Program-made: the position numbers and the translations under genes
Shown here: positions 9,453 through 19,100 of the stretch, piece by piece
Position numbering within the stretch: the stretch's first letter is position 1
How the letters are laid out: each line of letters opens with the position of its first letter
The notes under the pieces: generated by a model
What the model saw: only the letters and a program-made list of their open reading frames with translations
Told to the model about the DNA's origin: nothing
Database searches by the model: none
NCBI GenBank assembly: GCA_963703315.1
Contig: OY969811.1
Coordinates: 3,616,001-3,680,000, forward strand
Length of the DNA stretch: 64,000 bases
Direction of reading: 5' to 3'
Source of the DNA: an uncultured cyanobacterium
GTDB lineage: Bacteria > Cyanobacteriota > Cyanobacteriia > Pseudanabaenales > Pseudanabaenaceae

Positions 9453-11093
9453 ATGAATACCGCAGAACTATTGGTTAAGTGTTTAGAAAATGAAGGGGTG
9501 GAATATATCTTCGGACTTCCGGGGGAAGAGAATATGGCAGTTCTCAATGCCCTTGAGAACTCATCGATTAAATTTATTACCACTCGTCATGAACAGGGTG
9601 CTGCATTTATGGCAGATGTTTATGGGCGACTGACTGGTAAACCGGGGGTATGTCTCTCGACTTTAGGACCTGGAGCCACTAATTTAATGACGGGAGTTGC
9701 TGATGCCAATCTGGACTGTGCGCCACTGATCGCGATCACAGGACAGGTGGGAACGGATCGAATGCACATTAACTCCCATCAATATCTCGATCTGGTGGCA
9801 ATGTTTGAGCCAGTAACCAAATGGAATGCCCAGATTGTGCGCCCTAGCATCACTCCTGAAATTGTCCGTAAAGCCTTTAAACTCGCGAAATCGGAGAAAC
9901 CGGGAGCAGTCCATATTGACTTGCCTGAAAATATTGCTGATATGGAAGTTACGGAGCAACCCCTTGTGATTAAAGGCGATCGCCATCCCATGTTTGCTTC
10001 CTATCGCAGTCTCTCAGAAGCTGCACTTCTGCTGGCTCAAGCAAAAAATCCTCTAGTGTTAGTCGGTAATGGCGCAATTCGTTCCAATGCTAGTCAAGCT
10101 TTGACGGACTTTGCGACCCGTTTAAATATTCCTGTGGCGAATACCTTTATGGGCAAAGGTGTCATTCCCTATCGTCATCCTCTAGCGCTGTGGTCATTGG
10201 GACTGCAACAAAGAGATGTGATTAATTGCGCCTTTGATGAAACGGATTTGGTGATTGCGGTTGGTTATGACCTGATTGAATATTCACCCAAGAAATGGAA
10301 TCCTACTGGCTCGATTCCGATTATTCACATTGGTGAGTTGTCGGCGGAAGTAAACAGCAGCTATATGCCACAAGTGGAAATACTCGGTGATATTTCTGAC
10401 TCACTGATTGAACTCATGCATCGTTGCGATCGCTCAGGTATTCCTGAACCTCACGCCATCAGCTTACGTCCGCAAATTCTGGCTACCTATGAGCAGTATG
10501 CCCATGATCAAGGCTTTCCCATTAAGCCTCAAAAGATTGTGTATGATCTGCGTCAAGTCATGGGAGCCGAAGATATTGTCATCTCAGATGTGGGCGCACA
10601 TAAAATGTGGATGGCGCGGCATTATCATTGCGATCGCCCCAATACTTGCATTATTTCCAATGGTTTTGCGGCAATGGGGATCGCTATTCCGGGGGCGATC
10701 GCAGCAAAACTAGTTAATCCTGAACGCAGGATTGTTGCCGTTACTGGTGATGGCGGATTCATGATGAATATGCAGGAACTAGAAACAGCTACTCGCATTG
10801 GTACAAATTTTGTAACGCTGATCTTCAATGATGGCGGTTATGGACTAATTGAATGGAAGCAGCAAATCCATTACGGTAAATCTGCATTTATTAAATTCGG
10901 GAACCCCAACTTTGTGAAACTTGCTGAAAGTATGGGACTTAAGGGATATCGAGTGACTTCCGCAAGTGATTTAATTCCCACGCTCAAAGAAGCTTTCGAG
11001 CAGAATGTGCCGACAGTCATCGATTGTCCCGTTGATTATCGAGAGAATATGCTCTTCTCTCGTAAGGTTGGCGAACTATCTTGTCCTCTTTAA
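9453..11093 (+). CDS. ogdA: ThDP enzyme of acetolactate-synthase fold, probably 2-oxoglutarate decarboxylase
   Basis: MNTAELLVKCLENEGVEYIFGLPGEEN; GDGG...N ThDP motif; paired with SSADH as in the cyanobacterial TCA bypass. Confidence 0.75.
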   Translation: MNTAELLVKCLENEGVEYIFGLPGEENMAVLNALENSSIKFITTRHEQGAAFMADVYGRLTGKPGVCLSTLGPGATNLMTGVADANLDCAPLIAITGQVGTDRMHINSHQYLDLVAMFEPVTKWNAQIVRPSITPEIVRKAFKLAKSEKPGAVHIDLPENIADMEVTEQPLVIKGDRHPMFASYRSLSEAALLLAQAKNPLVLVGNGAIRSNASQALTDFATRLNIPVANTFMGKGVIPYRHPLALWSLGLQQRDVINCAFDETDLVIAVGYDLIEYSPKKWNPTGSIPIIHIGELSAEVNSSYMPQVEILGDISDSLIELMHRCDRSGIPEPHAISLRPQILATYEQYAHDQGFPIKPQKIVYDLRQVMGAEDIVISDVGAHKMWMARHYHCDRPNTCIISNGFAAMGIAIPGAIAAKLVNPERRIVAVTGDGGFMMNMQELETATRIGTNFVTLIFNDGGYGLIEWKQQIHYGKSAFIKFGNPNFVKLAESMGLKGYRVTSASDLIPTLKEAFEQNVPTVIDCPVDYRENMLFSRKVGELSCPL

Positions 11094-11096
11094 TAC

Positions 11097-11255
11097 TATA
11101 GCTGTAGTCAGCTATGTTAGTACAAAACCAAAACCCAAAAGAGAGGTGCGGCGCGAAGCGCCGCACCTCTCTTTTGGGTTTTACGTCAGTTAGGACTTAC
11201 GCAAAAGAACAAAATGTAGGGACAATTCATGAATTGCCCCTACATTTTGTTCCCT
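11097..11255. mobile_element. Composite of small repeats: inverted copy of the 356-470 element joined to a second GTAGGG...CCCTAC hairpin element
   Basis: TATAGCTGTAGTCAG start and hairpin 11130-11182; then TAGGACTTACGCA and AACAAAATGTAGGG...CCCTACATTTTGTT. Confidence 0.65.
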
Positions 11256-11313
11256 AAAATCGTGCCTACGGTAGAATAAGAGAATTAATAGTGAGGCTAG
11301 TAGTAACACATTT

Positions 11314-13038
11314 ATGGAAGCGATCGCTATTTTAGATAAGGTTTCTTATATCTATCCCAACTCTAAGGAAACAGTACTAAAAGATATCTCTCTAACAATT
11401 AACAAAGGAGAATTTTTAGGTGTAATTGGTGCAACAGGGGCAGGAAAAACTACGCTATGCTTGGCGCTTACAGGAATTGTTCCGCAGTTTTATGGAGGAC
11501 GCTTTTTTGGCAAAATTGCGATCGCAGGATTAGATAGTCTGGAGCATCCTGTAAGCGAACTAGCGCGTTATGTAGGTATCGTCTTTGAAGATCCTGAAGT
11601 CCAGATTACCGCTACATCCGTCGAAAATGAGATCGCCTTTGCCCTCGAAAATCTTTGTGTACCGCGTGAAGAAATCTTGCGCCGCATTCCCATTGTTTTA
11701 AAATCAGTAAGACTAGAGGGATTTGAGAAGAAAAATCCTCAAGAACTTTCGGGTGGTCAAAAACAACGCTTAGCGATCGCCGCCGCATTAGCACTACAAC
11801 CCGATTTACTAATTCTCGATGAACCGACTTCGCAACTTGATCCCATTGGTTCCCAAGAAGTCTTTGCTACAGTCAGAGAGTTAAAAGAAGAACTTGGGGT
11901 CGCAATTGTGATGATTTCCCATGCGGCAGAAGAGATGGCAGAATTTTGCGATCGCATTGCTCTGCTATCAGAAGGAAAATTAGTTGCTATTGGGACACCT
12001 GCGGAAATCTATGCACAGGTAGATTTGCTGCAACAAAACAAACTACGTCCTCCTGAAGTTGCCCAAGCTTTCCATCAAATCCAGCAAAAGGGAATTAATC
12101 TTCAGCAGATTCCTGTTACTTTAAACTCTGGAATTGAAGCTGTAGAAATACTGCGATCGCAAAGTCAACTCCTTGCTCCACCAATCTTTCCATTATCTAA
12201 TGTAAACTCTCATCAGCCTGTCGTTCTCTCTGTTAAAAATCTCAAACATACCTATGATGATGGTACGGAAGCACTAAAAAATATATCTCTAGATATCCAT
12301 GAAGGTGAATATGTGCTAATCGTTGGACAGAATGGTGCAGGTAAAAGTACGCTAGTTAAGCATTTTCTGAATTTATTGAAACCAACAGAGGGCAAAGTAT
12401 TAGTACGCGATCGCGATACTCGTCAACTATCTGTCAGTGAACTTGCTCAATCTATCGGTTATCTTGCTCAAAATCCTGACAACCAGATTTTTAATACTTC
12501 TGTGGAAAAGGAAGTCGCATTTGCGTTACCTTTCCTTGGCTATCCTCCTAATCAGGTGAAACAAGAAACAGAGCGTAGTCTTAAAGCTATGAATTTATGG
12601 GAACTGCGTCAATCCCATCCGTTATCTTTACCAAAAGGAGAACGAGGACGGATTGTGATTGCAGCGCTATTAGCAATGAATCCTGATATCATCATTTTCG
12701 ATGAACCGACTACAGGACAAGACTATCAAGGTGCTAATTCCATTTTAGAAATGAGTCGGCAATTGCATCAAATGGGTAAAACGGTGATTGTGATTACCCA
12801 CCATTTATATCTAATGCCCGACTATGCCGATCGCGCGATCGTGATGGGAAAAGGAACAATTTTATTAGACACATCGTTGCGCCAAGCCTATCATCAAACT
12901 GATTTACTAGAATCCTCTTATCTCACTCCACCACAATCAGTAATCCTATCGCAACAGCTTAGTAAAATAGGCGATCGCAACTATCCTCTAATTACCCCCA
13001 CAGAATTTGCTAATTGTTTTATTCCATCAGAAACCTAA
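11314..13038 (+). CDS. ECF transporter ATPase with two fused ABC domains
   Basis: Two Walker A motifs (GATGAGKT, GQNGAGKS), LSGGQKQR, DEPT twice. Confidence 0.9.
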   Translation: MEAIAILDKVSYIYPNSKETVLKDISLTINKGEFLGVIGATGAGKTTLCLALTGIVPQFYGGRFFGKIAIAGLDSLEHPVSELARYVGIVFEDPEVQITATSVENEIAFALENLCVPREEILRRIPIVLKSVRLEGFEKKNPQELSGGQKQRLAIAAALALQPDLLILDEPTSQLDPIGSQEVFATVRELKEELGVAIVMISHAAEEMAEFCDRIALLSEGKLVAIGTPAEIYAQVDLLQQNKLRPPEVAQAFHQIQQKGINLQQIPVTLNSGIEAVEILRSQSQLLAPPIFPLSNVNSHQPVVLSVKNLKHTYDDGTEALKNISLDIHEGEYVLIVGQNGAGKSTLVKHFLNLLKPTEGKVLVRDRDTRQLSVSELAQSIGYLAQNPDNQIFNTSVEKEVAFALPFLGYPPNQVKQETERSLKAMNLWELRQSHPLSLPKGERGRIVIAALLAMNPDIIIFDEPTTGQDYQGANSILEMSRQLHQMGKTVIVITHHLYLMPDYADRAIVMGKGTILLDTSLRQAYHQTDLLESSYLTPPQSVILSQQLSKIGDRNYPLITPTEFANCFIPSET

Positions 13039-13090
13039 ATAAAAAGGATGGATAAACTCTCCCTTCCCAAAACCTTATGATATCGGCAAT

Positions 13091-13939
13091 ATGAAATTAC
13101 AAACGGTTAAGTATGATTCTTTATTCACGCGCTTAGATTTTCGCTCTAAGTTGGTGGTGATGATCTCGGTGACAATTTTAGCTTTTCTATGGGAAAGCCC
13201 GATCGCGGGTGGGCTTTTGATGCTGAGCGTGATTTTTGCCTGTGTAATCGCTGGAGTCAGGCTTAACTATTTAGGAACAATTTTAAAGGTGATGATTCCT
13301 TTTTATATCTTTCTGATTTTGAGTATGGGATTCTTTAATGTGGAACAGGTTAAGTTACTGACACATAAATTAGAGCTAACTCCTCTTTTAAGCTTGCCGC
13401 AGACATGGTGGTTAATTGGTGGCGCGAAGATGAGTTGGGAAGGAACTCTTTATGGTTTGAATATTGTCTTTAAGACGTTGACGATGATTTTAGTTATTCC
13501 CTTAGCGATTTTTACAACTGATGTTAATCAGATGACAGTGGGAATGGTACGTGCCAAAATTCCTTATAAAATTGTGTTTATCTTTTCCTCAACTTTGCGA
13601 TTTGTCCCATTGCTATTAGAAGAAGTGCAATCAATTATTGAGTCACAGAGTTTGCGGGGTCTAAATTTTGAAAAGATGGGATGGCTCAACAAGGCAAAAG
13701 TTTACGCTAAGGTTGCCGTACCTTTAATTCTAAATTCGCTCTCAAAATCTCAGAAGTTAGAGATTGTTTTGCAATCCAAGGCATTTTCAGGAAGTTCTCA
13801 GCGTACATATCTGCATGAGTCGGCATTAACTCCGCCTGATTATATTTTGATGATTGGCTCTGCTTTGCTGTTGTTGATGGCGATCGCCTTATATTTTGGT
13901 CTTGGAATTGGAAAATTTGCGTGGTTACTTTTCTCATAG
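13091..13939 (+). CDS. ecfT: ECF transporter transmembrane component T
   Basis: LDFRSKL and LRFVPLLLEEVQSIIESQSLRG CbiQ-like motifs. Confidence 0.85.
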   Translation: MKLQTVKYDSLFTRLDFRSKLVVMISVTILAFLWESPIAGGLLMLSVIFACVIAGVRLNYLGTILKVMIPFYIFLILSMGFFNVEQVKLLTHKLELTPLLSLPQTWWLIGGAKMSWEGTLYGLNIVFKTLTMILVIPLAIFTTDVNQMTVGMVRAKIPYKIVFIFSSTLRFVPLLLEEVQSIIESQSLRGLNFEKMGWLNKAKVYAKVAVPLILNSLSKSQKLEIVLQSKAFSGSSQRTYLHESALTPPDYILMIGSALLLLMAIALYFGLGIGKFAWLLFS

Positions 13940-14186
13940 CGTGAGAAACGATACGCACAGATAAATTTTGGAAAGCGTGGCAAAGCCGCGCTTTCCAAAA
14001 TTTCTTTGAGTTTCAAGTCAGTGCAAAGCACTGTATGCTGATATCCAAATCCAAATCTAGATTTATTTCGTACAATTAGTTAGGGCTTATAGGATCTAAT
14101 ACCTTGTAAAAAAGATGGATGACTTAAGCCTTGGTATAAGTAGGAAATTTTGTAGCTTCTAAATACGGATAAACAAGGAAGAAATA

Positions 14187-14828
14187 ATGATTGAGTTTGT
14201 AAGAAAATATCAAAAGCTGCTGTTTGGCGTAGTCCTCAGTATTGCTACCTGCTTGTTTGCTATTAGCACGGCTGCTCCCTCTCAATCGATGAATCCTATA
14301 GATTCGCAGTCCTTGTCAACTCAAATGAGTTTGATCAACTATCAACAGCAAGCCGAATCAGAGTTGATTTCTCAAAATGGCACTCTGATCAGCCAAGGTC
14401 TAGCCCCAAACCTGAAAAGATTTGCGGCTATTTTGTCAGGCGATAATATTTACCCTAAGCCTGTAGAAACAATGGCGTGGGGTGTAGTTGGTGCAGCTTT
14501 GAATGGCAATCGCTTGATCGTGCGCGGAGGTTTTCGTGGTTTGAGTACCACTCTGCGTGACTATGCTACTGATCCGCTGGTTCCACCAAATCCCAACATT
14601 ACCTCAGGAATTCATATCCATCGTGGTACAGCTAATCAGAATGGTCCTTTTCAGTATGCGTTGGAAGTGCTACCTAATACAGATGGTTTAAGTGGCAATG
14701 TTAGAGGTGAATATACCTTGACTGACGAGCAACTTCAGGCACTAAATACTGGTGGTCTTTATGTTGATCTGCATACCAAAGGTTTTCGTGCTGGTGAACT
14801 ACGTGGCATTTTAAAAGCTCAAGTTTAA
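14187..14828 (+). CDS. Secreted CHRD-domain protein
   Basis: Signal peptide; GIHIHRG...NGP and LYVDLHT...GELRG. Confidence 0.8.
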   Translation: MIEFVRKYQKLLFGVVLSIATCLFAISTAAPSQSMNPIDSQSLSTQMSLINYQQQAESELISQNGTLISQGLAPNLKRFAAILSGDNIYPKPVETMAWGVVGAALNGNRLIVRGGFRGLSTTLRDYATDPLVPPNPNITSGIHIHRGTANQNGPFQYALEVLPNTDGLSGNVRGEYTLTDEQLQALNTGGLYVDLHTKGFRAGELRGILKAQV

Positions 14829-14855
14829 AAGCTTAATGCGATCGCCCTATTAGAT

Positions 14856-14890
14856 AAAAAAGAGACGATACTTAGTATCGTCTCTTTTTT
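14856..14890. terminator. Bidirectional hairpin terminator
   Basis: A6-GAGACGATAC-TTA-GTATCGTCTC-T6 between convergent genes. Confidence 0.7.
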
Positions 14891-14898
14891 ATATCCTC

Positions 14899-15333
14899 TT
14901 AGTCATTTGAGTATTCGAGAGTCCAATCTTCGGTTGTCAAATTTGGTACTTTACCAAAATCTTTTTGATTACGAGTAACGACTATGCCATTTACAGATAA
15001 TGCGATCGCGGCTATTCGTAAATCTTGACTTCCAATTCTGATCTTTTGGCGTAACAAATTCATGTAACAAGAGTAGGCAGCTTGATCGAAATCAAGCAAA
15101 TTTAAGCTTTTATAATCTTCAATTGTTTCTCTTAAAGCATGATAAGCATTTACCAAAAACTCTTGAGATTTTGCTTGCTTAACTTGATTTAAACGTCCTC
15201 GCATCTGTTCTTCAAAAGTGATAATAGTTACGAATATCTCATTAGGATCTATTGATATTAATCTCTGTCTAACATTTGGATGGTTGCGTTGTAATAAAGA
15301 AATATGATCTGTATCAAGAATCCACAGACTCAT
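14899..15333 (-). CDS. vapC: VapC-family PIN toxin
   Basis: ILDTDHIS, QDLRIAAIAL, VTRNQKDF; ATGA overlap with the upstream gene. Confidence 0.9.
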   Translation of the reverse strand: MSLWILDTDHISLLQRNHPNVRQRLISIDPNEIFVTIITFEEQMRGRLNQVKQAKSQEFLVNAYHALRETIEDYKSLNLLDFDQAAYSCYMNLLRQKIRIGSQDLRIAAIALSVNGIVVTRNQKDFGKVPNLTTEDWTLEYSND

Positions 15334-15764
15334 AAAGCTGCAACCTCAGCAACAATATTCTTGGAATCAACATTATTTTCAGCAATTTCCATCTGACGAT
15401 AGTATTCATCTAATTCAGCATCTTGTTCGCAGCGATACTCGGAGATATTTTCTAACATTTGATCAAAGTAAGGATCATTTTCATATTTACCAGCCATTTT
15501 TAGCCAAGGATTTTCTTGCTTAAGCTCAACCGAAGGTGACGAATGTAGGTCAATACTTTCTACTTCAGATGATTTTTTTGTACCATTTGTATTCAAGGCA
15601 CTAAAAAATTTGCTTAATCGAGCATCTACGACATTAGCAATCACTTCCACAAGTTCATCAACTGTCAAACTACTAACTAATTGCGGAGCATCACTAGTAG
15701 CTAAAGCTTCTGCCGCCGCATTCACATTCGCATTAACTAATTGGGTAGTCATTTTTGTCTCCAT
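15330..15764 (-). CDS. Antitoxin partner of VapC
   Basis: Translationally coupled upstream of vapC; ENPWLKMAGKYENDPYFD motif. Confidence 0.7.
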   Translation of the reverse strand: METKMTTQLVNANVNAAAEALATSDAPQLVSSLTVDELVEVIANVVDARLSKFFSALNTNGTKKSSEVESIDLHSSPSVELKQENPWLKMAGKYENDPYFDQMLENISEYRCEQDAELDEYYRQMEIAENNVDSKNIVAEVAAL

Positions 15765-15809
15765 ATATAATGCAGATTTTATAGCTTCAATAAGCGTCGC
15801 GTATCTCCA

Positions 15810-15869
15810 TACTACAACCAGTCATCATCGTCATCGTACGAGACTCTGGTGTTGGGGCGGCGGCGATCG
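15810..15869 (-). repeat. Second copy of the dnaK 3' end (direct repeat of 20605-20664)
   Basis: 59/60 identity; encodes [18 protein letters not shown]. Confidence 0.95.
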
Positions 15870-16176
15870 AAGTAAGAGGCATTTTCATGTTTCCTAGCCA
15901 TTTTTAGCCAAGGATTTTCTTTATTTATAACGAGAACCTACCATTTCAGACTTTAGTAAAAAGAAAATATTAGGAATTTTATTCGGTTGTTACATATTAA
16001 CACTGCAAAAACGACTATTTTAGCGTTTTATCCCTAAGTATAATTACTTATTGCAAAACTGAGGTATACCTCACTAACAATTATCCTAAAATTTTTTAAG
16101 GGATAATTGTTATGCAGGCGAAAATTACCTCTTGGTTTATTTTTAGAAATCTATCTAATTGGTTGCAATTTATTGT

Positions 16177-19100
16177 ATGAAAAATTCATCTCAAAGCAAT
16201 TATTGCGATCGCCAAAGTGATGATTCTGTTGGAGTCGCTCAAGCTCAAGCTGATTGGGGGCATTTGATCGCAACAATCTCTTTAAGAATTCGGCAATCTC
16301 TAGACTTGCCAACAATTTTACAAACAACTGCCGATGACGTGCATCAACTGTTGGGTAGCGATCGCGTGTTGCTTTACCAGTTTGAGCCAGATTGGAGTGG
16401 AAAGGTAGTAGTTGAGTCAGTATCTGAGCCTCGGTGGTCATTGTTAGATCGAGTGGTGCGTGATACTTGTTTTGAGGCTTGTTGGCTTGAACCTTATCAT
16501 GAGGGAAAATATGCAGCGATCGCCGATGTTGCGACTGCAAACTTAAGCTCTTGCTATGCAGATTTTCTAAATAACCTTGAGATCAAAGCTAATCTCGTTA
16601 TTCCCCTGTTGTGCGAATCTCAGCTTTGGGGCTTATTAATTGTCCATCATTGCACCGTACCCCGTCAGTGGCAATCAGCAGAAATTGAAGGATTGCAGCA
16701 AATAGCTGTCCATGTGGGTATTGCTGTCCACCAAGCATTGTTGCTAGAGCAATTGCAAGTAGCAAAGGCTAATCTAGAAACTCAAGTAGCAGAGCGTACA
16801 GTTGAGCTAGAGCAAGCCAATCAGCAACTTTTGGGAAGGTTGGATGAGTCCAACCTAAGAGTTAATGAACTAGATCAACATAAAAGACAACTAGCGCAAC
16901 TAGCCGTGATCGTTGAATCTTCTCAAGATGCGATCATGAGCAAAACTCTTGATGGAATTATTACCAGTTGGAATCAAGCCGCAGAAAGTTTATTTGGATA
17001 TAAGGCTGAAGAAATCATCGGCAAAAATGTTACAGAGTTAATCCCACAGGAACGGAAGTTTGAAGAAGATGTTATTTGTCAGAAAATCTACCAAGGTCAC
17101 AGGGTAGATACCTTTGAAACTCAGCGTAAGCACCAAGATGGGACGTTACTAGATGTCGCTTTGACAATTTCTCCAATTAAGGATGAAAATGGCACAGTGA
17201 TTGGAGCATCTAAAATTGCTAGAGATGTTAGTGATAGAAAAAGGCTTGAGTTTGAACGCACACAAGCGGAAAAAGAACTATGTCAAAGCAAAGAACAACT
17301 CGAAGATTTCTTTGAAAATGTTAGCGATCTGATTCAAAGCGTGTCTTTAAAAGACGGCAGATTTTTGTTTGTAAATCGCGCTTGGCGAGAAGTTCTCGGT
17401 TATAGCTCTGAGGAAATTGCCGACCTTAATGTGTTTGAGCTGCTTGCTCCAGAATGTATGCCAGCCTGTCAGGTTTTATTTCAACAATTGCGAGCGGGAG
17501 AAATGCTTAGTGTTGACCGAGCAGAATTCATCTTTCTTGCTAAAGATGGGAAAAAAGTATTTCTAGAAGGAAATATTAACGTTCGTCAGGAAAATGGAAT
17601 TTCTGTCGCTACCCGCACTATTTTACGCGATGTCACTGCGCTGCGCCAAACTGAATATACTCTCAATGAGCAAACAGCAACATTACAAAGTTTCTATGAT
17701 TCCGCTCCTCTGATGATGGGCGTTGTGGAGTTATCTGAAAATGACATTCTCCACATTTCCGATAATCGGGCAACCATAAAGTTTTTTAACTCAAGCCCCG
17801 ATGAAATTATTGGCAAATGGTCTAGCGAACTGGGGGTTCCTTCAGAACATATCGATTTTTGGTGCAATCACTACCGCATCAGCCAAGAGATACAGACACC
17901 CGTACAGTTTGAATACGAACATGTAACTGAAATGGCTACCTTTCACTTGCTAGTGACAGTTTCGTTTATTGATATTAGCGATAGTCAGCGACCAAGATTT
18001 TGCTATGTGGCTCAAGACATTAGCGATCGCAAACGTGCCGAATTAGAATTACAACAAAGCGAAGCCACTAACCGCGCATTAATTGGGGCAATTCCTGACT
18101 TTCTAGTGCGAATGAATCGTGATGGGTTATATGTGGCGGTCATTAACCAAGGATCTATTCATGCCATAAAATGTGACGGAGAGATCCAAGGACATTCGAT
18201 TACTGAGTTAATGCCAGATGCGATCGCGCAAGAACGGATGCGATTAGCGGAGATAGCTCTGCAAACTAGACAGGTTCAGAAGCAAGAGTATGAATTTGTC
18301 GATCAAGGACAAACCTATTTTGAGGAAGCACGGATTGCACCCCTATGGGACGATGAAGTATTGGTAGTTGTCCGTGATATTAGCGATCGCTTACGTGCAG
18401 AAGCAGAACTCAAGAGACTTTCAGAACGTTTAGCACTGTCTTTGAAGTCTGGGGCGATCGGTTCTTGGGAATGGGATATTAACCAAAACATTGTCCTTTG
18501 GGATGAGCGGATGTATGAGCTATATGGCGTTACCAAACAGTCTGATTCGGTGGTCTACGATATTTGGGTAAATGCGTTACATCCTGACGATCGTCCTTAT
18601 ACAGAAACATTACTTCAGCAAGTCTTTCTAGGACAAGCAGAATACGATACTGAATTTCGAGTCATTTATCCCGATCACAGTATCAAATTTATAAAAGCCT
18701 ATGGGGTGGTACTGCGTGATGTTCAGGGCAATCCTACTAGCATGATTGGCGTAAACTTTGATATTAGCGCACTTAAACAAGCAGAACTCGATATCAAATT
18801 CGCTAAAAATCAGCTAGAACTAGTGCTTCAAGCATCTTCCGAAGGATTTTGGGACTTAAATCTCGTCACTGGCGAAATCTATTTCTCACCGCAATGGAAA
18901 GCAATACTGGGCTATGAGGATCACGAGCTAGAGAACACCTTAGATATGTGGGTTTCTATGTTTTTGAAAGAAGATCAAGAGACCGCCCTGAAACTAGTCG
19001 AAGAATATAAAAGTGGTAATGTTGATCGATTTATCTCAACCCAGCGATGTCGCCATAAAAATGGCTCTACAGTTTATGTACTTTCCCGTGCTATTCACCT

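Noticed and set aside
11190..11313. Riboswitch upstream of the ECF genes
   Set aside because: No TPP, cobalamin or other aptamer consensus recognised; the hairpins are explained by dispersed repeats.
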